NCBI RefSeq assembly: GCF_006345805.1
Contig: NC_042998.1
Span: forward strand, 150,536,001-150,600,000
DNA: 64,000 nt
Direction of reading: 5' to 3'
Origin: Octopus sinensis
Taxonomy: Eukaryota
Shown here: positions 1 through 12,505 of the stretch, piece by piece
Layout: each line of letters opens with the position of its first letter
Position numbering within the stretch: the first letter of the stretch is position 1
The notes under the pieces: generated by a model
Database searches by the model: none
Told to the model about the DNA's origin: nothing
What the model saw: only the letters and a program-made list of their open reading frames with translations
Program-made: the position numbers and the translations under genes

Positions 1-345
1 AGAAACAGTAGTAGAAATCAGTTGCCCAACGGATGTCAACAGAAAGCTTAAGATCAGCGAAAAAGAAAAAGACACCTATACTGAACACTACAGATCCAAT
101 ACATCACTGGAACTGTAAAATCTGTAAAACGTCCCAGAAGTTTATCATTTAATCATATATGTCTAGACATGCAATTATATGCATGAGAATACATACATAA
201 AACAAAACATACAAATCTACAGATAACTAACTCAAAATACAATACATATACACACAATACGTGCAAAAAAAACCTGTTGGTGTTGAAACTCCAATGAAGG
301 AGCCATGGATCTAGATGAGAAACCGGCTCTTTCTCTATTCGCAAG
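1..345 (+). mobile_element. 3' end of an R4/Dong-like non-LTR retrotransposon (restriction-like endonuclease remnant, internally deleted) plus probable 3' UTR
   Basis: Manual translation gives ETVVEISCPTDVN..KISEKE..TY, then QIQYITGTVK/ICKTSQKFII* ending near 152. This matches the C-terminal REL region of R4/Dong-type ORFs. Confidence 0.7.
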
Positions 346-440
346 ATATTTTTAAAATAAAGCTGAATAATAACAAATATAAAAATATAGCCTTTACTCG
401 ACTTAAAACTACCTGACTCTCTGAGGAAAGCCAAAAGAAT

Positions 441-1612
441 CCTGGACAGAATAAGAATATCAGCTATGGTGGATCCATCAATAAGGAGAGGACAAGAAAT
501 GAATACCTCAAGAGAGTAAAGAAAAAAAATATGGAGAACTGAACTCTCAGTTTACAGCAACCAAATCACCTACCTTTAGGTGCCTATCGTAACTAGTAAG
601 GAGCCTTTGCCCTTCGTAACTAGTCTCTACAAGACCACAACGTGACTGATGTACGAATTCGTAAGCTACTCATTGTTGCTGGAAACAATGGAGATACTGA
701 TAGATTAAATTTCCCACTCAAGAATGGTGACCATGGTTTTAGATCTGTATTGATATCATATGAAGCACGTATTGTGACACAGAAGTCACATCAACAGCAC
801 TGGAAAGATGCCAGTTACTATACTAGCCAAGTTTGCAAGCACTGAGATGATAGTCCATGAGTACTTGGTACGAAAGACACGAATCACAGAAGGAATTGAT
901 CATACCAAAACGTTGGCGTAGAGTACCGACAAGTTTATGACATCCCACTTTAAAGGCTATCTCTATGAAATTCAAGAACAAGAGATCCCACCAAGTACCT
1001 GCAACATAAGAGGCAGAAAACATTAACAGAAGAAAAACGTAGGCCACGAAAATTAAGACTGAAGACATCAACCACATTATTGCCAACTGCGAGAGAATGT
1101 CTTCTAGATATTATCTTCCCATGAGGCATGATGCGGGGGCCAAAACAGTCTGGAATAGAGTAAAAAAAAGAAATTAGTAACAAAGTTGACTATACTGAGA
1201 CAGATGGGTCAAAAAATATTGATAGTACTTAAATATCATAACAGCTACCAAGTTAACACACAATTTGTTAGACATAGTTGTATGGGACCATAAGGAAAAG
1301 ATATGAGCTGTTGGGGAAACCAGCTGCCCTCTGGAAACTAATCTGGTCAGAAATAAACTTGAGAAAGAGGATATCTATAAACCTCTGATAAGGAGTTGGC
1401 AAATCTAGTCCTCAAATTGCACCTTCTGCTTCATTCCTATTATTATTATTAGAGCAACAGGATATGCACCAACTGGTTTGGGCAAAGAATGGCTGAACTC
1501 GAGTTGTTGGGGAGACAACGCAACACATTGATCCATGCACTACAAATGATCGCTATATCCAGCGACAATAAAAATCTGCAAGACCTTCTTAAGTTTAAAG
1601 GAGGATGAACAA
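441..1612 (+). mobile_element. Degenerate R4/Dong-like LINE fragment: RT thumb, zinc-knuckle remnant and REL endonuclease
   Basis: Frameshifted peptides in the expected order: GQNKNISYGGSINKERTRNEYLKRVKK-IWRTELS; DRLNFPLKNGDHGFRSVLISYEARIV (ORF 642-845); GYLYEIQEQEI; EDINHIIANCERMSSRYYLPMRHD; VVWDHKEKICAVGETSCPLETN..EKEDIYKPLIR; FIPIII..ATGY..IKICKTFL. Confidence 0.8.
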
Positions 1613-2650
1613 AACAAGATATTTTCTTTCACAAATTTTCTACCAAACAGGCGCCCAATCAAATAGTTAACCAACTGATCAGTAAATAATAAAGAAGATA
1701 GAACCTGTGCGTGTGTTTATTATTGTCATAATGACCCTACTGAGATACAACAAAATATATATTTATAATTTCCATTTTAATTTTCTCGGTTAATATCGTT
1801 TATATTGTTACGTAATGGACTGGTCCAAGACTACTACTACAAAATAGTAGAAGTAGTAGTAGTAGTAGCAGCAACAACAGCAGTAGAAGCAGCAACAGTA
1901 ATAATAATAGTAGTAGTAGCAGCAGCAGCAGCAGCACTGATTGTTGATGATGATGTTGCTATAGCGGACGTGGTGGTGGTGGTGGTGGTGGTGGCGGTGG
2001 TAAAGGAACAGAGCCGCCGGCTTCAGTAAGTTCTGTTTCACCGGTGACAAGTCTCTACTGTTAGCAACGAAATCAGACCCCAGGTTTCGATCTGTAAACT
2101 AGATTCGTCACTCAATGACGTAGGATGACAACACGAGACAGGTGAGTCAAATACAAGCACAGTCTCACACACGCACGCACACACACACACAAACTCATAT
2201 TTGTGTGTGTGTGTGTGTGTGTGTGTGTTTATGCATGTTTATGTACAACTGCACACGCACGCACACACACACAAACACATGTATGAGTGAGTGTATGTGT
2301 GTAAGTGATTTGGTGATGTTGATACTCTTGTTGTTATTCTTATTTTTAATTTTGTTGTTTTTGTAGTGTTTTTCATATTTTATTGTCGTTTTTGTTTTGT
2401 AATCGTGCGGCGCCATATTGTCTAAAATGAAATCTATCGATTTGTTTTTTGGGAGGGGGGGTATCGGGAAACAACTGTTTTTTTTTGTTTTGTTTTTTTT
2501 TTGGTAGAAATGATGTTGTTGTTGATAGTGGTGCCGTAAATTGTACGGTAACGGCTGTGGTAGTGGTGGTGGTGGTGGTGGTGGTGGTGGTGGTGGTTAC
2601 AGTGGTGGTAATGGCAGCGATACAATGTTCGCAGTATTGATAATAATGGT

Positions 2651-3250
2651 GGCGAGCGGTGAGCAGACAGAAGCGTCAGCACGCCGGTCGAATTGCTTAG
2701 CGGTATTTCGTCTGGCGTTACGTTATGAGTTCAAATTCCGCCGAGGTCGACTTTCCCTTTCATCCTTTCGGGGTCGATAAATTAAGTACCAGTTACGCAC
2801 TGGAGTCGATATAATCGACTTAATCCGTTTGTCTGTCCTTGTTTGTCCTCTCTGTGTTTAGCCCCTTGTGGGTAGTAAAGAAATAGGTATTTCGTCTGTC
2901 TTTACGTTCTGAGTTCAAATTCCGCTGAGGTCGACTTTGCCTGTCATCCTTTCGGGGTCGATAACTTAAGTACCCGCTGCATACTGGGGTCGGTCTAATC
3001 AACTGGCCCCCTCCTCAAAACTTTAGGGCCTTATGCCTAGAGTAGAAAAGAATCGTTAGCGTGCCGGGCTGAATGCTTAGCAGCATTTCATTTCTCTTTT
3101 CGTTCTGCGTTCAAATGCCGCCGAGGTCGAGTTTGCCTGTCATCCTTTCGGAATCGATAAATTAAGTATCAGTTGAACATTGGAGTCGATGTAATCGATT
3201 TACCCCCAACCCCCATATTGATAGCCCTGTACCAAAATTTGAAATTGATA
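2651..3250 (+). mobile_element. Cluster of three tRNA-headed SINEs (family A; one near full-length, two partial)
   Basis: Three repeats of the core gttcaaattccgccgaggtcgactttgcctttcatcctttcggggtcgataaattaagtacc at about 2730, 2915 and 3110. The head carries A/B-box-like motifs. Confidence 0.85.
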
Positions 3251-3809
3251 ATACTGAAGGCTGCATTATCGTTGTTGTTGTTGCTTGGTTTTCTAATGGA
3301 GCAGATCTCCGACCAAAAATGCTCCAAACGTAATTGTAAGTTTTCTCTTTGCCCTGCTTTTTCCGCATCTTAGCTGTATAAATAGTGATTTGAGTGAAAG
3401 TAGGGAAATGGAAACCGCATGGAAGCTCCTTGGATGGATTATGTCTTATAAGTTAAAGATCCCGCCTGCTCTCGTGACACGAGGATTATGATAACGAGAA
3501 CACATATCAGTGGAATATTCAGTGACATAGACTCTGATTCACTGAGCAGGAAATTCAAATGATCATACTGCTGAATACATATCGTCGAAACTGGCGGAGA
3601 TCTATTTTTGATAAGTGAGATATCAAATATGTCTTTCCTTTTCTAAGACAATACAGTGTGATATGAGGCAGGTTTAGTTGTTATTTCTTGTAGCACTCAG
3701 CACCACACAGATTACCTCTCTACATTGGGAGTCGAAGCAATGCAATTGGTGACGGCTGTGGTGATCGTTGTCCCCATCGTTTTTATATTTATTTATTTAT
3801 TCATTGTAG

Positions 3810-4181
3810 TCGGAACCCGTTGCTGTTGAAGATGCCGCCGCCGCCGCCGCCGCCGCCGCCGCTACTGCTGCTGCCGAGTTAGGTACATTTCTCAAATTTC
3901 GCAATACCATTGGAATTTCCATCTAAACTGGAAAATCTGCTTTTTCAGATGTCTGGCTGGTGATGACATCAGCATCATCATCGACGCCTCCTCATTGTCT
4001 CCATCAAGAGCACCCTTTCTATCATCATTATGAAGTTTCTGCCTCCACCAGATCCACTGCCACCACCACCACCACAAACGCTGTCACTGCCACCACCACC
4101 ACAAACACCGCCGCCGTGACCACCACCACCAACAACAGCAACATCATCATAATCGCCGCCGCTATAGTTTTTATCAAATAG
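3810..4181 (+). CDS. Candidate two-exon coding segment of an unknown low-complexity protein (exons 3810-3882 and 3949-4181)
   Basis: AG acceptor at 3808-3809, 66-nt GT..AG intron at 3883-3948 ending tttttcag, and the frame stays open across the junction (SEPVAVEDA10TAAAEL/DVWLVMTS...FIK*). No homology recognised; may be chance. Confidence 0.25.
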
Positions 4182-4206
4182 TTATTAATATCAGAAACGG
4201 TGGAAT

Positions 4207-4422
4207 GGCGGTGAGCTGACAGAATCGTTAGCACGCCGGACAAAATGCTGAGCAGCATTTCGTCCGCCTTTACGTTCCCAGTTCAAATTCCGCCGATGTT
4301 GACTTTGCCTTTCATCCTTTAGGGGTCGATAAAATAAGTACCAGTTGAGCACTGGGTTCCATGTAATCGACTTACCTGCTCCTCTGAACTTGCTGGCCTT
4401 GTATCAAAATTTGAAACCAATA
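4207..4422 (+). mobile_element. SINE family A copy
   Basis: Head ggcggtgagctgacagaatcgttagcacgccgg followed by the shared core. Confidence 0.85.
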
Positions 4423-5562
4423 TACAAAGATCTCAAAGTGGGTAGAATCAATGACATTGTTGAAGAAACTCTAGGTATGGATTAAGAGGAACTAGCTACT
4501 CTGATTCGAAGGACTTTCAGAGCAGGATCGACAATTTCCAGGAATCCTTGGCTTGGCTGTGCTATTGAAGAGCAGTACCATTTCTAGATAAACAGTACAG
4601 GAACGGAACTGATTCCAAGTTAAAGGCGAAATCCAATGAAGCAGAAATGCATCTAGCATTCTCACCAGCTGCTGCTAAAACGATATTCGTCCGCTACCGA
4701 CATGTATAATATTATAGCAGATATTCTCTTCGGACGAATACCGCGATGAATATGCTTTATGTATGGTGCCAAAATAACCACAATAAGTAGCTTCAACTGT
4801 GTGTGTGTTAGTGTGTGTGTGTGTGTGTGCGCGCGCTTGTGCATGCGTGTCTTTTGATAAACTATATAATTAAGAGTGTCTATGTAAAAATAAGTTAACT
4901 TAGCGGTTTGATAAGTAGTTATCGAAAAAATGCTGAACTTGTTATGATTCATTTAATCTCTTGAAGGTCGTACCCCAACGCGGCCGACGTTCAAACCACT
5001 TTAAGAATAAAAAGGAGAGAGGGATTAGACGAGAAGTTGAAAAGGTAAATAAGATCATAAAGAGCTAATCTCTAGTACACCAAAAGCTGTATTGGAGCCG
5101 GACATTAAATGAGAGGACAATAAGATAGAGTATTTCAGTGACAATATTGCCAAATAATCCATACGATGTGTTGGCGTCTGACTATGATGTATAAGTAACA
5201 ACTCTATGTGACTTTATATAAAGAGTCTCTCAAAGTGTCGGCCGACAGAATACTTCCGTCGACATGTCATTGTTAAAGGCATGCCTAACACAGGGAAAGA
5301 AGAAAAGAAGGAAAAAGAGAGAAACAAACAAAAGGAGAGAGAGAGAGGGGTGGGGGAAGAGATGACCCTCAACTGGAATGAATTGAAGCACGAAGTTTAC
5401 ACACTTTCAAAATGGTTGCCACATCAATGACCTTTTAAGGTGAAAAGGAAAAATTGTTTTTAGAAAGCGATAGCAGCGTAGAAGACATAAGCTAGCCATT
5501 CAGAAACACAGAAAGACCGCCAATTTCACTTAAACATTTGTCCGTTAATATGGTATCAAAAA

Positions 5563-5796
5563 GGGCGGCGAGCTGGCAGAAACGTTAACACGCCGGGCGA
5601 AATGCTTAGCAGTATTCCGTCTGCCGCTACGTTCTGAGTTCAAATTTCGCCGAGGTCGACTTTGCCTTTCATCCTTTCGGGGTCGATTTTATAAGTACCA
5701 GTTACGCACTGGGGTTCATGTAATCGACTTAATCCCTTTGTCTGTCATTGTTTGTTCCCTCTATGTTTAGCCCCCTGTGGGCAATAAAGAAATAAA
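5563..5796 (+). mobile_element. SINE family A, near full-length copy
   Basis: Head, core and tail (ccctttgtctgtc...gtgggcaataaagaaataaa) are collinear with the copy at 2651-2885. Confidence 0.9.
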
Positions 5797-7280
5797 TATG
5801 GTGTCAAAATCTTCGACGCTGGAAACTGCGATCGGTTCACTTAGAATAAATTCTTGCTGATAGTTGTTTAGCTCTTCAACATTTAAACCAGTCATATCTG
5901 GCCAAAATATTCTGTCTGTATTCTGTCCAAACTGGTCGGATCTAGCCTCTCATACCTACCCTACAATGTTAGTCTAAAAATAAACAATCTCATAATCGAA
6001 ATTCCAAAACTACAAGATAATGCAGGCTGAGTTTAAAACAATCTGAATAAATAAGCATTAGATTTGTCAAAATATTCAGTTTCTTTTCTATGTGCCTTCT
6101 TCCTTAGTATTCGATAGAAAAATTCAATCTGCTAATCCAAGATTTGGCAAGAAGTGATTCTAATAACTTGTCACCAGAGCACACTACGTATTATATAAAA
6201 CGAACGAGAGAAGAGGTTTCTGCTATTACGTTGTTTAGCCCTGATCCAGCACTTAAATGCGGCCCATAAATTCATCCTATCAGTTTCGCGATTATTCTGT
6301 ACTCATTCACCGTGCATAGTGACGGATCATCGTAAGTGAGGCAGCATGGCAGCCTGGAAATATTAGAAACTTGACCCTCAATCACCACTGTCAACTAAAT
6401 TTTGATTCCGATGCTGGAGGCGGGCGAAGTGGACTTTGTCAGAGAGTCACAGATACTCTGTGTGTGTGTGTGTGTTTTGCTGTTGTTGTTTAACGTCACC
6501 CTCGGTGAATACTGATTGAGCAGAAAAGATTAATAATTAAAGACATTCCATCCGTGACCATATCTATTTACCAAGGGTCTGTAGGACAGACTACATATTT
6601 TTTTGCTTCATACGATCGTTGTGGGGAATAATTTGAAGGAGATCATGCTGCTATTTCTAGTAGATCAAGTTATTATGTAGAGTCAGAGACGGATACAGGT
6701 CGCTATACATATATGGTGTAGATATAAATGTATAGTGGCCATTCTACCTGCTAGAAATGACAGTTAAATCTTACCCAGGTCACAGTTTGCCACCTTAAAA
6801 AGGGAAGGATACATGTCTGTCTTAGATAACAGCCATTCAGGAATGACCAAGGGTTAAAAAACAACAATAACATCACCACAACCACCACCATCACCATCAA
6901 CAACCTAACAAAGTATAATCAAATGAACGTTCTGAAAGAAGGATCTTGGACCATTCCATTACGGTAACGATGTAAACGACGATGTTCTCCATCAAGTAGC
7001 GGACCTTATGATAATAAAAATGTTTATATCTTCGTTGTTAGTTTTTCTTTTGTTTCTCTGTGATCAAAGACATTCCAACCATGACCGACTTTGTTCATTT
7101 TCAAATGTCTATATATATGATCACATTATCCTATGTATTCCCCAAGGTTTATTATTATTATTATTATTATTTTGTCTTCATGATGGGAAGGTACAATTTG
7201 AAGAAAATTTGGCTGCTATTTCTTGTAGGCCCAATGACGGCGTAGAGTTAATTTCCTTCGTTGGCTCGATGTAAAAATAA

Positions 7281-7430
7281 TATTGGTTTCGAATTTTGGC
7301 ACAAAGCCAGCAATTTAGGGGAAGAGGATTAGTCGATTACATCGACCCCTGTGTTCAATTGGTACTTATTTTATCGATCCTAAACTGATGAAAGGCAAAG
7401 TCGGACTTGGGAAATTTGAACTCAGAATGT
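7281..7430 (-). mobile_element. SINE family A, partial copy next to an (AAAG)n tract
   Basis: Reverse complement of the core (ggtacttattttatcgatcc...gaaaggcaaagtc...tttgaactcagaa). Confidence 0.8.
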
Positions 7431-7431
7431 A

Positions 7432-7490
<59 letters not shown>

Positions 7491-7744
7491 GAAGAGAATC
7501 TGCGTGAAACGGAAATTGTGTCACAATTAACCAATAAGAAACTGCTTGAGATTCTCAGAAGGCAACTCTTCAACCGACGATGGTTTACCACTGGAGTTTT
7601 ATACGACACATTGTTTTCGAATTGTGTGTTCAAATCTTTCTGAAATGTAGTGAAGGCCATTGGAGAACAACTTGCTTTTACGACGACTGTGTGTTCATAC
7701 GTATAATCATGGCGGAAACGAATAAAAGAACACACACACATACG

Positions 7745-7779
<35 letters not shown>

Positions 7780-7794
7780 GCACAGGTGTGATTG

Positions 7795-7977
7795 TGGAGC
7801 ATGAAGCTCGCTTCCCAACATGGCTCCAGGTTCAGTCCAACTGCGTAGCAAGTGTCTTCTGCTCTAGCCTCGGGTCGACGAAAGCCTTATGAGTGGAAAC
7901 TAAAAGAAGCCCGTTGTATAGAAATAAATAAATAAATGTGTGTGTGTGTGTATGTGTGTCTGTGTGTGTGTGTGTGT

Positions 7978-8016
<39 letters not shown>

Positions 8017-8200
8017 ACCACTTGACAACTGGTGTTGGTGTGTATACATGACCGTCACTTAGCGGTTCGGCACAAAGAGAATCGATAGAATAACAGGCTT
8101 TACGGAAAAAAGTCCTGAGGTTGATTCATTCGACAAAATATTCTTCAAGGCGGTGCCCCTGCATGGCCGCAGTCTAAAGACTGAAACAAACGAAAAAAAA
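7795..8200 (+). mobile_element. tRNA-headed CORE-type SINE (family B, OR2-like) with an internal (TG)n tract
   Basis: ggttcagtcc..gcaagtgtcttct..agcctcggg core, microsatellite spacer, and tail gcggttcggc..gatagaataa..ggcggtgcccctgcatggccgcagtc. Collinear with 54720-55115. Confidence 0.8.
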
Positions 8201-8734
8201 TATCGTGCGTATGATTCTATGGAGAGTGTTTTGGTTTCAACCCTTTAATAATTTGCCCACGTGGTCTGGAACTGGACAATCGCGATTGCGAGCTTCCATA
8301 CATTTCTGTAAAGGTCCCGTATTCTCTGAATTGGTAGCTTTATAAAAATTCTGCTTCAGGCTCGGTTGTGAAAACCAAAAAAAACAGGTTTGCGGAGACA
8401 TTATTGTGTTGGGAGGAGGTATACGTCTAACTCACTAAGTTATTGTTTATAGTGACGGGCGGAATAACCACGTCACCATTCAGATATCCCGACATTGCCT
8501 CCTACACTTTGTGGGAGCGGTGGTGGGGCAGTCAATGATCACCCGAGGGAGATTAGATAGAAACGAATAGACGAAGCACGTGTGTGCGATGCGGTAGAAA
8601 ATGCGGTGAATTGAGACACACGGAGACATGAATGGTGGAAACTTTTGTTTTTGTTTTTGTTTTTGTTGAATCCCTAACCCTATAATGTCTCTGGTTTAAA
8701 AAGGCTTTTCTTGTACTTCTTTGTCTCATATTTC

Positions 8735-8920
8735 AGACTTGTTTCAATCTTTAGACTACGGCCATGCTGGGGCGCCGCCTTGAAGGATTTTTGTCGAATT
8801 AATCGACTCCAATACCTTTTATTTTAAGCCTGGTACTTATTCTATCGGTCTCTTTTGCCGAACCGCTAAGTTACGGAAACATAAATACACCAACACCGGT
8901 TGTCAAGTGGTAGTAGGAAA
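8735..8920 (-). mobile_element. SINE family B, 3' half
   Basis: Reverse complement of the tail (ttgtttcaatc..ggccatgctggggcgccgcc..ttattctatcggtctcttttgccgaaccgctaag). Confidence 0.8.
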
Positions 8921-8933
8921 TACACACACACAC

Positions 8934-8980
<47 letters not shown>

Positions 8981-9139
8981 ACCACGACTGCGTCTACTTG
9001 CTATTTGTATTTCCATAAATGCTACAAAGTTTATCGTTGACTGCTGTAATTCAACCGAATACTTTTGCTTATGAGCTCTACATACATTCCAAGTTAAATC
9101 CACAAGAAATTCTTAATGTATTCTAAGATGTAAGAAAAA

Positions 9140-9430
9140 CACGTTTGGTAAGAAGCTTGCTACCCGACCACATAGTTCCGGTTTCAGACCTACTGCATGG
9201 CACCTTGTCTTCTACAATAGCCTCGGGCCGACTGAGTCCTTGTGAGTGGATTTGGTGGACGGAAACTAAAAGAGGCCCGTCGCATATATAGATGTGTGTG
9301 TGCGTGTGTATGTCTTTTTGTCTGTGTTTGTCCCCCATTATCGCTTGCAAGCGGTGTTGGTGTGTTTATGTCCCCGTAACTTGACGGTTCGACAAAAGAG
9401 ACAGATAGAATAAGTACTATGCTTTAAAAA
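9140..9430 (+). mobile_element. SINE family B, 3'-truncated copy
   Basis: Head, core and start of tail collinear with the other copies. Confidence 0.8.
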
Positions 9431-9890
9431 TAAGGAGGGGAAGGAGAAAGAGATGGGTGGATTCTAATATTGTTTAATTTAAAATTGGCATTAAAAATGA
9501 AAGTTGTTGAAGAAATTAGAGAAATAAATATCTCGTAAAAATAATGAAAATATTTTGCTCAAAAAGGCGTTTAGCAAAGGGCTCAATAAAATGAATATAA
9601 TTACGTATTGTACGATAATAAAATATGTATGTCTAACGAATATGCGCTGAAAGAGAAATAAAAGTTACGTGCAGTTCTTTAAGTTACTATAGCAACTCAT
9701 CCAAGAAGATTTTAAATTCTAATTTTAATCTTATTTTCGGAGATTTGAAATCCTTCTGTAAAGGCAGAAAGGACAATGAAAGGTTCCTTCCCATTTCTAG
9801 AACGCTCTATAGAATCTATTATGTCAGCCTGGGGCAACAACGGTCAACCAGTATCTCCTTATACGTCTGACTACAAGAAACAGGAATTCG

Positions 9891-9978
<88 letters not shown>

Positions 9979-9981
<3 letters not shown>

Positions 9982-10522
9982 TCAAAGTGTGTATACCACT
10001 AGGTAGTCGGCCGTATGCTATATATATATATATACCTGTCTTTGTCCTTTGCTTTTTTCTTGTGAATTCTTCCTATATGTATATAAGAGGTATTGGTATC
10101 CAGAAGACCCAAGATAGCAGGTAAGGCTATGTAAGTGCTACGGAGGGACCGTACCTAGACTCTCGACTCGATAATAATATGGGTCTTCTGTGAGTATGTA
10201 TATGTTAAATAAAATGAGACAACAAAACTAAGGCTGGAATTTATCGGACATTTATAAAGAGAAAGTTTGTCTTACAGCTGTTTCTGGGATATTAGGGATA
10301 TCTTTCATCAGAGACGATATGAGAATTAACTAGAGGGAAATAATATAGTTGAATATAAGGAGTTATTTTGGAAAAGAATGGATATAGGAAATATAAAGGG
10401 AAATCAGAATAAAAATAAAAGTAAAAATATATGTAGGATGTTACAGTTGTAGTTCCATTATCTAAGGGAAGTGCTGTGTAGCATGGGTGTATATGCTTCT
10501 TGTCCATGGTATGTAGATTCCA

Positions 10523-10620
<98 letters not shown>

Positions 10621-11407
10621 ATGATATTTATATATTGTGGCCAAGATTTCTAGTTCAGCATGTATTCATTATAGTTATATGTTTTATTGTCGCACTGAGC
10701 CCTTTGTTAAACGCTGTAGTGGGGAAAATATTTTCATTACTTTCGAGAGATATTTATTTCTCTAATTTCTTGAACAGCTCGTGTGTGTGTGTGTGTGTTG
10801 TGTGTGTGTGTGTGTGTGTGTGTGTTGTGTGTGTGTGTATTCAAAGTGTGTATACCACTAGGTAGTCGGCCGTATGCTATATATATATATATACCTGTCT
10901 TTGTCCTTTGCTTTTTTCTTGTGAATTCTTCCTATATGTATATAAGAGGTATTGGTATCCAGAAGACCCAAGATAGCAGGTAAGGCTATGTAAGTGCTAC
11001 GGAGGGACCGTACCTAGACTCTCGACTCGATAATAATATGGGTCTTCTGTGAGTATGTATATGTTAATAAAATGAGACAACAAAACTAAGGCTGGAATTT
11101 ATCGGACATTTATAAAGAGAAAGTTTGTCTTACAGCTGTTTCTGGGATATTAGGGATATCTTTCATCAGAGACGATATGAGAATTAACTAGAGGGAAATA
11201 ATATAGTTGAATATAAGGAGTTATTTTGGAAAAGAATGGATATAGGAAATATAAAGGGAAATCAGAATAAAAATAAAAGTAAAAATATATGTAGGATGTT
11301 ACAGTTGTAGTTCCATTATCTAAGGGAAGTGCTGTTGTAGCATGGGTGTATATGCTTCTTGTCCATGGTATGTAGATTCCAATAATATATACACACACAA
11401 CACACAC

Positions 11408-11478
<71 letters not shown>

Positions 11479-11633
11479 ATGATATTTATATATTGTGGCC
11501 AAGATTTCTAGTTCAGCATGTATTCATTATAGTTATATGTTTATGTCGCACTGAGCCCTTTGTTAAACGCTGTAGTGGGAAAAATATTTTCATTACTTTC
11601 GAGAGATATTTATTTCTCTAATTTCTTGAACAG

Positions 11634-11637
<4 letters not shown>
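9979..11637. repeat. Near-identical tandem duplication (about 860-bp period); each unit has a PLE-type terminal segment with a hammerhead-like motif
   Basis: The sequence from 9979 (attcaaagtgtgtataccactagg) recurs at about 10838. The units differ mainly by single-base indels and microsatellite length. Confidence 0.9.
10269..10315 (-). ncRNA. Minimal type I hammerhead-like motif (weak stem II); duplicate at 11127-11173
   Basis: Minus strand: GTCT-CTGATGA-AAGATATCCCTAATATCCCA-GAAA-CAGCTG-TA-AGAC. Stem I GTCT/AGAC, palindromic stem III, GUA cleavage triplet. Confidence 0.6.
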
Positions 11638-11672
<35 letters not shown>

Positions 11673-12312
11673 ACAAATTTATATATATCGAATATCATAC
11701 CACAGAAATTCTTGACTTATCAAAATTATTTTTGCTTCTAGATGATATATCATGATTACCAAATGGCAATTAAGACTAGCACCATTTTGAGAAAGGGAGG
11801 TAATCTCAAAATTCAAGAATTTTCCAAAGTTAACTGTCACAAAGGGAAAGGACAGGCTTATTGCCGGGAGATAAAGGGGTAACAGCGAGCACTTGTTTCT
11901 GCTTCGATAAGTGTCATCAGTACAACAATTCTTCTAACTCATCTCCAGCAGTCAAGGGACTTAGGCATATACAAAAAAGGGTAGAGCACATGAATGGTCG
12001 AGGCACTTTGAATACTTTAAACAAAAATTAGCTAAGAGATAGAACTCAGAGTGACCAGTGGCATGCAGACACATACAGGTATATCAAATACCATACAACA
12101 TGAATTCTTGATTCCTTTAAGATTATCTTCGCCTCTAGAGAAGTACAACTATGACCAAATGACGATTGAAGCCAGCTCCACTTAAGAAGAGAAGGAAGTG
12201 TATGTATATGCACCTATATATGTGTGTATGAATGCTTGCGTGCACGCGCGTGAGTATATAATCTGTGTATAAATTTGACTATCTGATTTTGCTAATACAT
12301 AGCATTATAAAT

Positions 12313-12505
12313 GGGGGATCTGGCATGAACGTTAGCACGCAGGACAAAATGCTTAGCAGCATTTCGTCCATCTTTACATTTTGAGTTCAAACCCCAAGAA
12401 GATGATAAAATAAGCACTAGCTAAGCACTGGGGTCGATATGATCGACTTAGACCGCTCCACCTCCCGATATTGCTGGCCTTGTGCCAAAACTTGAAACCA
12501 ATATT
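12313..12505 (+). mobile_element. SINE family A, diverged copy
   Basis: cgttagcacgcagg..atgcttagcagcatttcgtcc..gagttcaaa..ggggtcgatatgatcgact..ggccttgtgccaaaacttgaaaccaat. Confidence 0.75.

Noticed and set aside
11990-12100. Classifiable element shared with about 62690-62790 (-)
   Set aside because: A short similarity (agctaagaga..gtgaccagtggcatg) suggests a dispersed repeat, but no diagnostic motif allows a call.
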